DNA from: a virus
Taxonomy: Duplodnaviria; Caudoviricetes
IMG/VR virus record: IMGVR_UViG_3300037761_000410
Location: 1-60,382 of that record
Length of the DNA: 60,382 nucleotides
Reading direction: 5' to 3' (one strand)
How positions within the stretch are numbered: position 1 is the first letter of the stretch; each line of letters opens with the position of its first letter. The position numbers were made by a program, and so were the translations under genes. This document shows positions 46,019 through 55,404 of the stretch, in pieces. The notes under the pieces were generated by a model. It was not told where the DNA came from. It was given only the letters and a program-made list of their open reading frames with translations, and searched no databases.

Positions 46019-47476
46019 TCAGGCAGGCATTCCCGGGAACCCGCCGCCACCGGCCAGCCGGGAGAGGTCGTACACCGACTGGTCCATGGTGAAGTCGAAC
46101 TTGCTCGGGTCGCTCAGTCCCATCCGCTTCTTCTCCCCGGCCATCAGATGGATCGCCGCGTGCACCATCGCGTCCATCCGGTCCGGGGAGTCCCGGGTGG
46201 AGATCGGGTCGAACAGCACGCACTGGTCCTCCAGGTCGTTGAGGTGCCCGACGAAGTGCAGCCGCCCCTGCTCGGAGCGCATCGCCACCGGCTCGGCCCG
46301 GGTCTTCTTGCCGTGCTTGGCGTGCACCGGCTTCAGCGGCGGGGACGTGCCGCGGGGGAACATGCCCTGCTCGACACACTCCTGGTAGGCGTCGTTCAGC
46401 ACTTCCTGGAGGTAGCGCTTGCCCAGGTTCTCCTCATAGACCAGGGTGTCGGCGGCGAACTCGGCCACCGCCCGCCACACGGTCAGGGCGGCGTCGCGGC
46501 CGGAGGACTGGGTGGTCCGGTCGGCCAGGACGTACAGGTGGTTGTCGGCGGAGCGGGCCACCACGACGATCCCGGTGAGGGCTTCCTCGCCGGTGAGGTT
46601 GGGGTCCATGCCGACGACGGTGGCCACGATGCCGTCGGGGACCTCCTCGACCCGGTGGTGGGCGATGTCGAGGCGCCGGAACAGCCCGCCGTCGGTCAGC
46701 TCCAGCAGCTTGCCGTACAGCTCCTGCTCGCCCAGGGAGGTGCCTTCGTACTGGCGTTTCAGCTCAGCCAGCATGAAGGGGCTGAGGTTGCTGGCGTTGT
46801 CGAAGGTGGAGCCGGTGATCACGTGCACGCCGCCGTCGTTGCGGGCCAGCCACTCGACCAGCAGCTTGATCGGCTTCGGGGTGGTGGTGATGAACGCCCG
46901 CGGCTGGTCGTCGATCAGGTCCGCCCGCAGGGCGGGCAGCAGCCCCTGGTACCAGGTCTCGTAGGGTTTCAACCATTTAGCTATTTCATCGCATAAGATC
47001 CCTGCGGCGTTGTAGCCGCGGCCGGTGTCAGGGCTGTCCGCCCCTTCGAAGTAGATCCGGGCGCCGCTGGGCAGCAGGATCATCGGGCGGGGGCTCTGCT
47101 TGTACCGGTGCTCGATCTTGCGCCGGCGTAGCACGTTGATCAGCCCGCTGGGACCTTCGGCGTTGATGGTCCGGGCGTCGCTGAGAGTGTCGGCCACGGC
47201 CAGCCACTCGGTGGGCACGCCGTGGCGGTCGAACGGGTGCTTGCGGACCTGGTCGACCAGCCACTCGGACCCGGCCCGGCTCTTGCCCGACCCGCGTCCA
47301 GCCATATATAGATAGATGAACACGGCCCCGGCTGGTGGGACCTGCTCGGGCCGGGCGGTGTACCACCATTCGCCGCGAGCCATCTCGGCCAGGACCTGTT
47401 CGGGGAGCGCCTCCAGGAACTGTCGCCGCTGGTCCGGGGGCAGGGTCGCGAGGCGCTCTTTGACGGACAGGGCCAC
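46019..47476 (-). CDS. Terminase large subunit
   Basis: AGRGSGKS, CDE, TTTPKP, STFDN..NL, GMDP, SPDRMDA. Confidence 0.95.
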   Translation of the reverse strand: MALSVKERLATLPPDQRRQFLEALPEQVLAEMARGEWWYTARPEQVPPAGAVFIYLYMAGRGSGKSRAGSEWLVDQVRKHPFDRHGVPTEWLAVADTLSDARTINAEGPSGLINVLRRRKIEHRYKQSPRPMILLPSGARIYFEGADSPDTGRGYNAAGILCDEIAKWLKPYETWYQGLLPALRADLIDDQPRAFITTTPKPIKLLVEWLARNDGGVHVITGSTFDNASNLSPFMLAELKRQYEGTSLGEQELYGKLLELTDGGLFRRLDIAHHRVEEVPDGIVATVVGMDPNLTGEEALTGIVVVARSADNHLYVLADRTTQSSGRDAALTVWRAVAEFAADTLVYEENLGKRYLQEVLNDAYQECVEQGMFPRGTSPPLKPVHAKHGKKTRAEPVAMRSEQGRLHFVGHLNDLEDQCVLFDPISTRDSPDRMDAMVHAAIHLMAGEKKRMGLSDPSKFDFTMDQSVYDLSRLAGGGGFPGMPA

Positions 47477-47557
47477 ATGATCACTCTACCGACCGATATG
47501 TGCCGATCGCCCGGCGAACACTCCGGTCCGGGGGGTAGGGAGGGGTAAGATGTGATC

Positions 47558-47962
47558 GTGGAAGGTGACCCGGTGGAGAGGCTCGGCCGGCAGGTCGTCG
47601 CGGACGGGCTGCTCTCCGGACTGCGTACCCGGCTGCGCCTGACCCGCAACGCGATGAGCGAGCTGCTGCTCACGTCTCCGATCACCTACGCCTCCTGGGA
47701 GGACCGGCCCGACGTGCGGATCTGGCGGGGCACCGCCGTCCGGGTCGGGCGCTTCTACCAGGCGGTCCAGGAGGAGCTGGCCGACCTGGAGAGGGAAGGT
47801 GTGGACCTGGCCGGTCTGATGCCGTTCTACCTGGCGGCGACCCAGCTGGGCGTGCCGCAGGAGCTGCTGCTGCGCCGCTACCGGGAAGGCGAGGTGGAGG
47901 CGGTGGACGCTGGCCCGCTGGGGCTGTGGATCCGTCCGGACGCGGTCGAGGCCCTCCGTTGA
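47558..47962 (+). CDS. HTH DNA-binding protein (XRE-like plus second HTH)
   Basis: LR.RL.LTR..MSELL......SWE; AATQLGV; leaderless after TAAGAT. Confidence 0.6.
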   Translation: MEGDPVERLGRQVVADGLLSGLRTRLRLTRNAMSELLLTSPITYASWEDRPDVRIWRGTAVRVGRFYQAVQEELADLEREGVDLAGLMPFYLAATQLGVPQELLLRRYREGEVEAVDAGPLGLWIRPDAVEALR

Positions 47963-48801
47963 TCCTGGACAAGGTGCCGTGCGCGGCCTGCGGCGAGCCC
48001 TTGATCCCGGCTGGTGGCGCCGTCACCCACCCAGGCTGCCCGGTGCCCGGCCTGTCCCCGGACGACCCTGACGCCGAAGCCTTGAGACGTCAGATGATCC
48101 AGATCGTGAAGTGGGCGGACAACAACTCGCCCCGTTCGCTCCAGCGCGAGATCGGCCCGAGCGAGATCAGCGGCCCGTGCGACCGGCGGATCGGCTACCG
48201 GTTGGCCGGGGTGCCGGCCGTCAACAATTTCTTCGACTCCTGGCCGGCGACCGTGGGCACGGCGGTGCACACCTGGCTGGAGACCGCGGTGCAGCGTTGG
48301 GCCACCGAGCATGGCGACGACACCTGGCTGACCGAGCAGACGCTCAAGATCGACGACTTCGTCCCCGCGCATAGCGACCTGTACCACGACGGGGTCGTGA
48401 TCGACCACAAGACCGCGAACGCCGACAAGCTCAAAAAGATCGCCCTCCAGGGCATCGCGGCCTGTCCCGAGTACGAGGTGCAGGTGCAGCTGTACGGCAA
48501 GGCGTACGAGCAAGCCGGCTATCCAGTTCGCAAGGTCGCCCTGATCTTCTACCCACGTTCCGGTTGGCTCCGCGACACGCAGGTCTGGATGAGCGACTAC
48601 AAACCTGATATCGCGAACACGGCGCTGGACCGCATGTATGCTATCGCGCAACGGTTGCTGGACCTGGAAGTTGTCACGAACCCGCACCGTTGGGAACAGG
48701 TCGACGCGACACCGTCCAACCTTTGCGGATGGTGCCCGCTGTACGACCCGAACAAGATCCTTGAGACCGGGGCGGACGACACGGGGTGCCCAGGAAGGTA
48801 A
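47959..48801 (+). CDS. Cas4/RecB-like PD-(D/E)XK exonuclease
   Basis: IGPSE...C.R, GTAVH, D...IDHKT, QVQLYG, C.WCP. Confidence 0.85.
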   Translation: MILDKVPCAACGEPLIPAGGAVTHPGCPVPGLSPDDPDAEALRRQMIQIVKWADNNSPRSLQREIGPSEISGPCDRRIGYRLAGVPAVNNFFDSWPATVGTAVHTWLETAVQRWATEHGDDTWLTEQTLKIDDFVPAHSDLYHDGVVIDHKTANADKLKKIALQGIAACPEYEVQVQLYGKAYEQAGYPVRKVALIFYPRSGWLRDTQVWMSDYKPDIANTALDRMYAIAQRLLDLEVVTNPHRWEQVDATPSNLCGWCPLYDPNKILETGADDTGCPGR

Positions 48802-48803
48802 CC

Positions 48804-49028
48804 ATGCAGAGAGTCGATTACGTGGTGAGTTACACCACGTCCGAAGGCAAGCCCAGGACGCGGAAGTTCTGGAACGAAGAGGACGCGCTCACGTACGCGC
48901 GGACGAACACGACCACGGTCCGGGTCGAGAAGCAGACCATCGAGGTCGTCTGGAAGCCGGCGATTCAGGGCCTCGGGGAAACGGCGCTCGGCACTCCACC
49001 GACCTGGTCGAACGACCAGCAACCCTAG
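48804..49028 (+). CDS. Hypothetical protein
   Basis: GGAAGG RBS. Confidence 0.55.
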   Translation: MQRVDYVVSYTTSEGKPRTRKFWNEEDALTYARTNTTTVRVEKQTIEVVWKPAIQGLGETALGTPPTWSNDQQP

Positions 49029-49088
49029 ACGGGCCGCCCCGGACCGATAATCCGGAAGACGGTCAAGCGGGTGCCAGCCCGCGCCACG

Positions 49089-49122
49089 GACCCCGTGGCC
49101 CCCTGGCAGGGGCCACGGGGTC
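49089..49122. terminator. 14-bp perfect hairpin
   Basis: GACCCCGTGGCCCC/GGGGCCACGGGGTC. Confidence 0.5.
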
Positions 49123-49161
49123 GCGTGTCATATATCCATCTAACTCAGCGAAGGAAGAGCA

Positions 49162-49791
49162 GTGAGCAACGACAGCGACGAATTCATGGGTGGCGGAGCA
49201 CGATCCGTACCCTTCGAGACCATTGGTGACACCGTCACCGGCCTGGTCCTGGCCCCGCCGGAGAAGCGCCAGCAGACCGACCCCGACACCGGCGGACCGA
49301 AGACCTTCTCCGGCGGCGAAGTCCGTTGGATGTTCGCGGTGCGGATCCAGACCGAGCTGCGCGACCCGGCCGACCCGGCCGACACCGGCGAACGCAGCCT
49401 CTTCCTCAAGTGGAAGAGCCTGGACGCGGTACGCAACGCGGTACGTGCGACCGGCGCCGCCGGCCTGCTCCCCGGCGGCATCCTCACCCTCACCCTCACC
49501 GGCTTCGGGCCGAAGACGAAGAGTGCCTGGAACCCGCCGAAGCTGTGGTCGGCCAGCTACATCCCGCCCGACCCCAACGTCGCCTTCATGGCCACCCCCG
49601 GACCAGCCCCTCAGGCTGCCGCGCCGGCACCGGTCGCCCCTCCCCGGCCGTCCGCCGAGGACCAGGCGGCGACCATCGCCCGGCTACGGGCCACCGCAGC
49701 CCAGGCCCAGGCCCGCCAGCTCGACCCAGCCGAGATGGCGGCGAAGGCCGCGGTGCGGGCCGACATGGCGCTCGACCCCATCCCCTTCTAG
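49162..49791 (+). CDS. Single-stranded DNA-binding protein
   Basis: F...GD.V.G, Q.D..TG.P, PK...A.Y.PP, C-terminal DPIPF. Confidence 0.75.
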   Translation: MSNDSDEFMGGGARSVPFETIGDTVTGLVLAPPEKRQQTDPDTGGPKTFSGGEVRWMFAVRIQTELRDPADPADTGERSLFLKWKSLDAVRNAVRATGAAGLLPGGILTLTLTGFGPKTKSAWNPPKLWSASYIPPDPNVAFMATPGPAPQAAAPAPVAPPRPSAEDQAATIARLRATAAQAQARQLDPAEMAAKAAVRADMALDPIPF

Positions 49792-49976
49792 ATCGCTGTT
49801 CGCTGTGAGCGAACACGCCCCCGGCCAGAGATCCTGGACGGGGGCGTGTCTGCGTTGAAGCCACGGGCGAGGCCCGACAGTGGCAAGATGAGGCTACCCA
49901 GAGGCCCGGCGAGGCCAAAAGCAAAGGCCCCCTGAGCGTTTCGAGAGCACGGGAGCCTTCGCCTGAAAGGAGCGCT

Positions 49977-52391
49977 ATGAATATAGCAGAAGTCGCGAGA
50001 GCCTGGCGGGAAGCCGGCGTGGCGGTGCTGCCGATCCTGGCCAACGGAACGAAACGTCCCGCGGTGCGCTGGGCTCCATATCAGGTGGAGGCACCCACCC
50101 TCGGGCAGGTGGATCTCTGGTGGGGCAACGGCCGGGAGTACGGCCTGGCCCTGATCTGTGGCCAGGTGTCGGGCAACCTGGAGATGCTGGAGCTGGAAGG
50201 CCGGGTCGTCGACGCCGACTCCCTGACCAAGGTCGAGGCGGCTCTGGACTCTCTCGGCGGGCGCGACGTCTGGGAGTTCCTGAACTCTCCCGCCGGCTAC
50301 GTCGAGTGGTCGCCTTCGGGTGGGCTGCATTTCCTCTACCGGGTCAGCGACCACGAGGTCCCCGGCAATACCAAGATCGCCAAGGATGCCCAGCGCCTCG
50401 TGCTGGTGGAGACCAGAGGCGAAGGCGGATACGTGATCGCAGCCCCCACCTCCGGCTTATGTCATCCTACCGGGGAGCCCTGGACCCTGGTGACAGGAAT
50501 GTTCGGCCAGTTACCCACCCTCACCTGGGCGCAGCGCGAGATCCTGCACCGGGGCCTCCGTCTGGCTTTAGACTGGGTGGAGCCGAGGGCCGTGGCGGTG
50601 CCAACCTCCCCAGGTCCGCTTGCCTACCACGGTCCCGGCGTCACCCCCGGCGACGACTTCGAGGCCCGCACCGACTGGGCGGACATCCTTGAGCCCCACG
50701 GCTGGCAGCTGGAGTCCCGCCACGGCCGGGAGCGGTACTGGACCAGGCCCGGCAAGGAGACCCGCGACGGGGCGTCGGCCACCACCGGCCGGGACCCGGC
50801 CCGGGACCGGCTGTACGTGTTCAGCACCAGCACCTGCTTCGCGCCGGAGCACTCGTACACCAAGTTCGGCGCCTATGCGTTGATCAATTTCAATGGGGAC
50901 CATTCGGCCGCGGCCCGCGAGCTGGTCCGGCTGGGCTACGGCGAACGCCGCGACCCGGCCGAGGGGATCATCGCCGGGGAGCCGCTGGACCCCGGCCCGG
51001 TGCCACGCAAGACCTACAGCCTGGACGAGGTCGGCAACGCCGACCGGCTGGCCGACAAGGCGAAAGGCCGGTTTCACTATGTGGCCGAGGAGAAGCAGGT
51101 CGTCCGGTGGGACGGACGGGTGTGGACCGAGGACTTCGACGGAGCGCTGTGGCGGGAGGCGATCCGGGCCACCGAGGACATGGCCCGCCAGGGCAGCGCC
51201 ATCGACGACGAGCTGCTGGTCAAGTGGGCGAAGAGCAGCCGGAGCAAGGCGAAGCTGAACTCGGCGACGGAGATGGTGCGGATGGTGTCAGGCTTCACCA
51301 GGCGGGTGACCGACTTCAACCCCCACCGGCACTTGCTGAATGTCCAAAATGGAGTGTTGAACCTGCGGACCATGGAGTTCGTCGACCATGACCCGGCGTT
51401 GCTCATGACCCGGCTGTTCGGCGCCTCCTACGACCCCGACGCCAAGTGCCCGGCGTTCGAGTCGTTCATGGCCGACGTGCTCCCGGACGAGGAGATGCGC
51501 GGCTACGTCCAACGCGCCCTGGGCTACAGCCTGCTGGGGGACGTGGACCAGCGGGCCATGTTCCTGATCTACGGGCCGTCCGGCACCGGCAAGAGCACCC
51601 TCATGGAGACGATGCGGGCACTGTTCGGCGACTACGGCACCACCGCGGCGGCCGGGACCTTCCGGGCGCGTGGGCGCGACTCGGCACCCACCAACGACCT
51701 GCACGACCTGCGGGGCAAGCGGTTCGTGACCACGTCGGAGACGGCCGAGTCGGCCACCTACGACGAGGACACCCTCAAGCGGCTGACCGGACGGGACCGC
51801 ATCCGTACCCGCGAGCTGTACCAGTCCAACCAGGAGTGGACGCCCGAGTGCACGCTGTGGCTGGCGACCAACCATCCGCCGAAGTTCACCTCCGACGACG
51901 ACGCGATCTGGAAGCGGGCCAAGCTGATCCCGTTCCTGACCCAGTTCGGCGAGGCCGAGGTGGCGGATCTGGCCCGGGTGTCGTTGATCCCCGAGGCGGC
52001 CGGGATCCTGAACTGGCTGCTGGCCGGGTTGGCCGACTACCAGGCCCGGGGGCTGGACGAGCCGGAGCAGGTGCGGGTGGCCGCGTCGGAGCAGCGCCGC
52101 CAGGCGGACTCGGTGGCCCGGTTCCTGGACGACCGGGAGGCGGACGGGATCCTGATCGAGGTCCCCGAGGTGATGATCAAGGTGGGTGACCTGCACATGA
52201 TGTACCTGGAGTGGGCGCGTACCAGTGGCGAACGGGGGGTGGGGACGAGACGGTTCATGAACCGGCTCACGTCGCTCCGACCACAGGTGGAACATATGCG
52301 GATAAATGGGGCATCGTTCTTAAAAGGCATTTCCCGGTCGGCCGTGTCGAGCCTGCTGGGGACGATGCTCATCCCTCAACCTGACCCGTAG
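49977..52391 (+). CDS. Bifunctional primase-polymerase fused to D5/P4-type SF3 helicase
   Basis: K.P...W..YQ, SPSGGLH, ETRGEGGYV..P, YW.RPGK, GPSGTGKST, LWLATNH.P. Confidence 0.92.
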   Translation: MNIAEVARAWREAGVAVLPILANGTKRPAVRWAPYQVEAPTLGQVDLWWGNGREYGLALICGQVSGNLEMLELEGRVVDADSLTKVEAALDSLGGRDVWEFLNSPAGYVEWSPSGGLHFLYRVSDHEVPGNTKIAKDAQRLVLVETRGEGGYVIAAPTSGLCHPTGEPWTLVTGMFGQLPTLTWAQREILHRGLRLALDWVEPRAVAVPTSPGPLAYHGPGVTPGDDFEARTDWADILEPHGWQLESRHGRERYWTRPGKETRDGASATTGRDPARDRLYVFSTSTCFAPEHSYTKFGAYALINFNGDHSAAARELVRLGYGERRDPAEGIIAGEPLDPGPVPRKTYSLDEVGNADRLADKAKGRFHYVAEEKQVVRWDGRVWTEDFDGALWREAIRATEDMARQGSAIDDELLVKWAKSSRSKAKLNSATEMVRMVSGFTRRVTDFNPHRHLLNVQNGVLNLRTMEFVDHDPALLMTRLFGASYDPDAKCPAFESFMADVLPDEEMRGYVQRALGYSLLGDVDQRAMFLIYGPSGTGKSTLMETMRALFGDYGTTAAAGTFRARGRDSAPTNDLHDLRGKRFVTTSETAESATYDEDTLKRLTGRDRIRTRELYQSNQEWTPECTLWLATNHPPKFTSDDDAIWKRAKLIPFLTQFGEAEVADLARVSLIPEAAGILNWLLAGLADYQARGLDEPEQVRVAASEQRRQADSVARFLDDREADGILIEVPEVMIKVGDLHMMYLEWARTSGERGVGTRRFMNRLTSLRPQVEHMRINGASFLKGISRSAVSSLLGTMLIPQPDP

Positions 52392-52624
52392 GGTACCCTG
52401 GGGGTAGGTGCACCCACACCACCAGTCGCGCGAGCTTCCGCTGAGGAGTGGCGCGGTCCCGGCGCCGGGGCTGGCAGGATCCAGGGCCTCAGCAAAACTG
52501 GTCACGGCTGAGGCCCGACCTCATACCACCTGGCCCCTCTGGGGCCAGGCCTCACCCCGAAAGTGAAGCGGCGTAAACGATTCCCTGAACGCTTGCCGTA
52601 GGGTACCCTAGAGGACGTAAGGTT

Positions 52625-52800
52625 CCATGGCGGCCCCGCCAGTTATCGATCTTTTCGATGACCGGCGGTCGAAGGAACGGCAATGCGAGCGAGGTCCGCC
52701 AGCTAGCTAGCACGAAGAGTCGGCGCGCTTGCCCCTGGGCGCATGAAATGGGTCGACTCCGGTTACGAATCCAGCCAGGGGCACCCCAAAACGGGGTGGC
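52625..52800 (+). ncRNA. Candidate structured RNA with tRNA-like 3' element
   Basis: Several stems; GCCCCTGG/CCAGGGGC-ACC enclosing GGTTACGAATCC. Confidence 0.3.
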
Positions 52801-53007
52801 GTAAGCGATTCCCTAAGATGGAACCATCCAAAAGGGAGCCCACCGCCGAGCCTATGCCGGCCGTCATCGCCAACCCCTACCATCATTCCAGCAGCGTCTT
52901 AGGAAGTGGCGCGACCTCGCGCTGGCCATCGCTCTGCTCGCCCTCATGGCCGTCGTCACGGTCGGCGCTCTGACCGTCTATGCGCTGCTGGGCCTACAAT
53001 TGTGATC

Positions 53008-53271
53008 ATGACGATCGTCTCGCCACCGCCCAACCCGCCACTCGGAGACAAGGTCCACTACTTTTCCGACAGTGGGGATCCGTGCCACGCCTCGCTCATC
53101 ATCGGCAACTTCATCATCGACGACACCGAAGGCATCCCGCTGGCCTGCGACCTGCTCCAGATGGACGCGGTCGGGGCTCTCGGCCTGACCGTCCCGCTCC
53201 GGCGCAACACCATCGCCTTCGACGAGACCTGCACGGAAGGCGGGACCGTCCACTACTCCTGCCCCCGCTGA
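53008..53271 (+). CDS. Hypothetical protein (P.LG..VHY......C.A.I)
   Basis: Leaderless after TACAAT. Confidence 0.6.
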   Translation: MTIVSPPPNPPLGDKVHYFSDSGDPCHASLIIGNFIIDDTEGIPLACDLLQMDAVGALGLTVPLRRNTIAFDETCTEGGTVHYSCPR

Positions 53272-53283
53272 CCCCAGAGACGA

Positions 53284-53317
53284 CGAAAGCCCCGTCGGTG
53301 ACCCGACGGGGCTTTCG
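53284..53317. terminator. Bidirectional terminator between convergent genes
   Basis: CGAAAGCCCCGTCGG/CCGACGGGGCTTTCG. Confidence 0.75.
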
Positions 53318-53325
53318 CACTCACC

Positions 53326-54015
53326 TCACTGAACTGGCACCGGACTTACCGGTGCGATGCCTTTCAAACTCTCGATCTGCGCCACAGGGCTCATGCCGCG
53401 GCCACGACGACCACGCCGACGCCGCTTAGGAGTGTGCCGTCCGCAGGTGCATCCAGGCTCGCACCGACGAGACTGGACGGGGATCACCGGCACAGTCACC
53501 TGGCCGGCGATGTCCATCTCCATCTGCTGGATCTTGGAGAAGTCCGGCCGGAAGATCGACCGGAGTCCTTCAGCCAGCGGAATGAGGGTCACCGCGACGA
53601 CAAACAGCAGCTTTATCAATATCGGAGCCGGTGCCATGAAGTTTACCGCTCCAGAGACTCCGATAGGGAAGATCATCACCGCGAAGGTGATGGCCTTCAC
53701 CCGGTTGGCCATCGCGCGTGCGGCGAGGCCCTGTATGCAGATGAGAATCAGGTAGTCCACCGCGACCGGAATCCCCACCGCGCCCAGGATCAAGGTCACC
53801 GACTCCAGGGTGGTGGTGATGTTCGTCAGACTCCAGTGCAACGGGGCGAGCCCGAGTATGAATGCGATCTGATGAGGCATCGAGATCGCCATGGCGATGA
53901 CGGTCACCCGTCCGGCCCGCTTGGCCGACTTCTCGATCGTGTCGAGCATCTGCCTCGCCGTGTCCTTCGCGTACTCAGCCGCGAAGATACGAGCCTGGGT
54001 TGTGCTGTGCTCCAT
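53326..54015 (-). CDS. Multi-pass membrane protein with basic Cys-containing tail
   Basis: Four hydrophobic helices; GAGGAGG RBS. Confidence 0.7.
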   Translation of the reverse strand: MEHSTTQARIFAAEYAKDTARQMLDTIEKSAKRAGRVTVIAMAISMPHQIAFILGLAPLHWSLTNITTTLESVTLILGAVGIPVAVDYLILICIQGLAARAMANRVKAITFAVMIFPIGVSGAVNFMAPAPILIKLLFVVAVTLIPLAEGLRSIFRPDFSKIQQMEMDIAGQVTVPVIPVQSRRCEPGCTCGRHTPKRRRRGRRGRGMSPVAQIESLKGIAPVSPVPVQ

Positions 54016-54181
54016 TATCAGCCTCCTCGTAGTGGAGCCAGGGAACGCGTTCGCGAACCCCCGCGGTTCGCGATGCGGAAAGGAGGGAGCCGGCGGGGCA
54101 TGGGTCCGCCGGCTCGACCTCAGAGGAACGTCTCTACCCCTATCCTACCACACGGGAGGGGTGTGCCAAGGATTTGGAGTG

Positions 54182-54622
54182 TCAGATACCTGACATTCCC
54201 CCGTCCCGGTCGAGGATCCTGTCCAGCACCTTGTCCAGGTCCTGGTGCTCCCCTTCGCGCATCCTGGGCACCTTCTGGTAGGTCAGCTGGAGGAATCGGG
54301 CCAATGGCCCCCGTTTCCAGCTGAACAGCGCGGCGCCGTCGGGAGACTCCAGGATGATCCCCACAAAACCGAACGACAGGTCGAAGATCCGTACATCTCC
54401 AAGTCCAACTGCCTTGTCGGCCAGGCCGTCGGCCAGGCCGTCGGCCAGCAGGTCCCGGGCGAACGTCCAGTCGACATGCTCGTCAGCCTGCTGGAACCGG
54501 ACCGTCACCGCGAACGGGTCGCCCGGGTCGTACATCCAGATGGTGTAGACCGCCACCTCCGGCCCGTCCGGGGTGACCATCCGGGCCACCACGGACATCT
54601 CGACGCCTTCCATGGCCCCCAT
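54182..54622 (-). CDS. SsgA-like (SALP) sporulation/cell-division protein
   Basis: YDPGDPFAV.V.F, W.FARDLL..GL, G.GDVRI, L.SPDG.A, FL..TY..VP. Confidence 0.85.
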   Translation of the reverse strand: MGAMEGVEMSVVARMVTPDGPEVAVYTIWMYDPGDPFAVTVRFQQADEHVDWTFARDLLADGLADGLADKAVGLGDVRIFDLSFGFVGIILESPDGAALFSWKRGPLARFLQLTYQKVPRMREGEHQDLDKVLDRILDRDGGMSGI

Positions 54623-54626
54623 CGTG

Positions 54627-54965
54627 TCACCGGTCCTGCGGAGCCCAGTAGCACGTCACCTTTTCAGGCAACGGCAGGGGGCAGCCCAGGTCGCGTCGCA
54701 CGTACAGGGCGATGGGCAGCACGTCGCGGCCCCAGCTGGGCACGGGCGACACCAGCGAGTCCCACTTGCACGGATAGACGAAAGAGGTTCCGCCCTTGTC
54801 GTGGCACCAGGGCACCAGGGCCATGTCCGTGATCGGAGCCGCGGGGCTCGGATGCGGCAGGACGCGGGCGACCCGCTTGGCGCACCCAGCGGCCAGCAGG
54901 ACCGCGACCCCCAGGACGAGCCCGAGGGTCACCGCGATCAGAAGGTCTCTGCGGTCTTTTGTCAT
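54627..54965 (-). CDS. Lipoprotein-like membrane protein
   Basis: Hydrophobic helix + LAAGC. Confidence 0.6.
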   Translation of the reverse strand: MTKDRRDLLIAVTLGLVLGVAVLLAAGCAKRVARVLPHPSPAAPITDMALVPWCHDKGGTSFVYPCKWDSLVSPVPSWGRDVLPIALYVRRDLGCPLPLPEKVTCYWAPQDR

Positions 54966-55312
54966 GACATATCATCTCTGTCAGGGCCAGGGTTGCCGTG
55001 ATTCTCACAGAACATTGATCCGGGCTCCCGGTCCAGATCGCACGGCACGATACCGTGCGATGGGTGCCGATCGACATAGGCGCAAGGTCGAGCCAGGTCG
55101 TCAATTGCCCGTATCGCTTCACCGGAAGAGGCGAAGCCCTGACCGACCATCTCGCCATCGGACCAGACCGCGAGCCAGGTCTTATCGCTACCGCGGTAAG
55201 CATGGCCGACCCATTCACCTTCGGGGCCTATGAGAGTCAATGCTTTAGGGTCAGAGATCAGTCCCTGTTGCCACTGGAAACCATCTGAGTGAACCGGTTG
55301 CACCTTGGTCAT
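54962..55312 (-). CDS. Hypothetical protein
   Basis: Leaderless after TAGCAT. Confidence 0.55.
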   Translation of the reverse strand: MTKVQPVHSDGFQWQQGLISDPKALTLIGPEGEWVGHAYRGSDKTWLAVWSDGEMVGQGFASSGEAIRAIDDLARPCAYVDRHPSHGIVPCDLDREPGSMFCENHGNPGPDRDDMS

Positions 55313-55404
55313 GGTCAACATGCTACCGCCCCTCCCTGCCTATAGGAAGGGGAGCGCCCCTTCCGACCTGAGCCGGAAGGGGCGCCATCTGGAGCTGTGG
55401 ACCT

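Noticed and set aside
21989-47369. Many long plus-strand ORFs opposite structural genes
   Set aside because: High-GC antisense shadows of well-supported minus-strand genes
47959-48801. Cas4 as adaptation module for the array
   Set aside because: Sits with SSB and primase-helicase 40 kb away; ordinary phage recombination exonuclease context
52731-52786. Bona fide tRNA gene
   Set aside because: Too short, no clear D or anticodon arms
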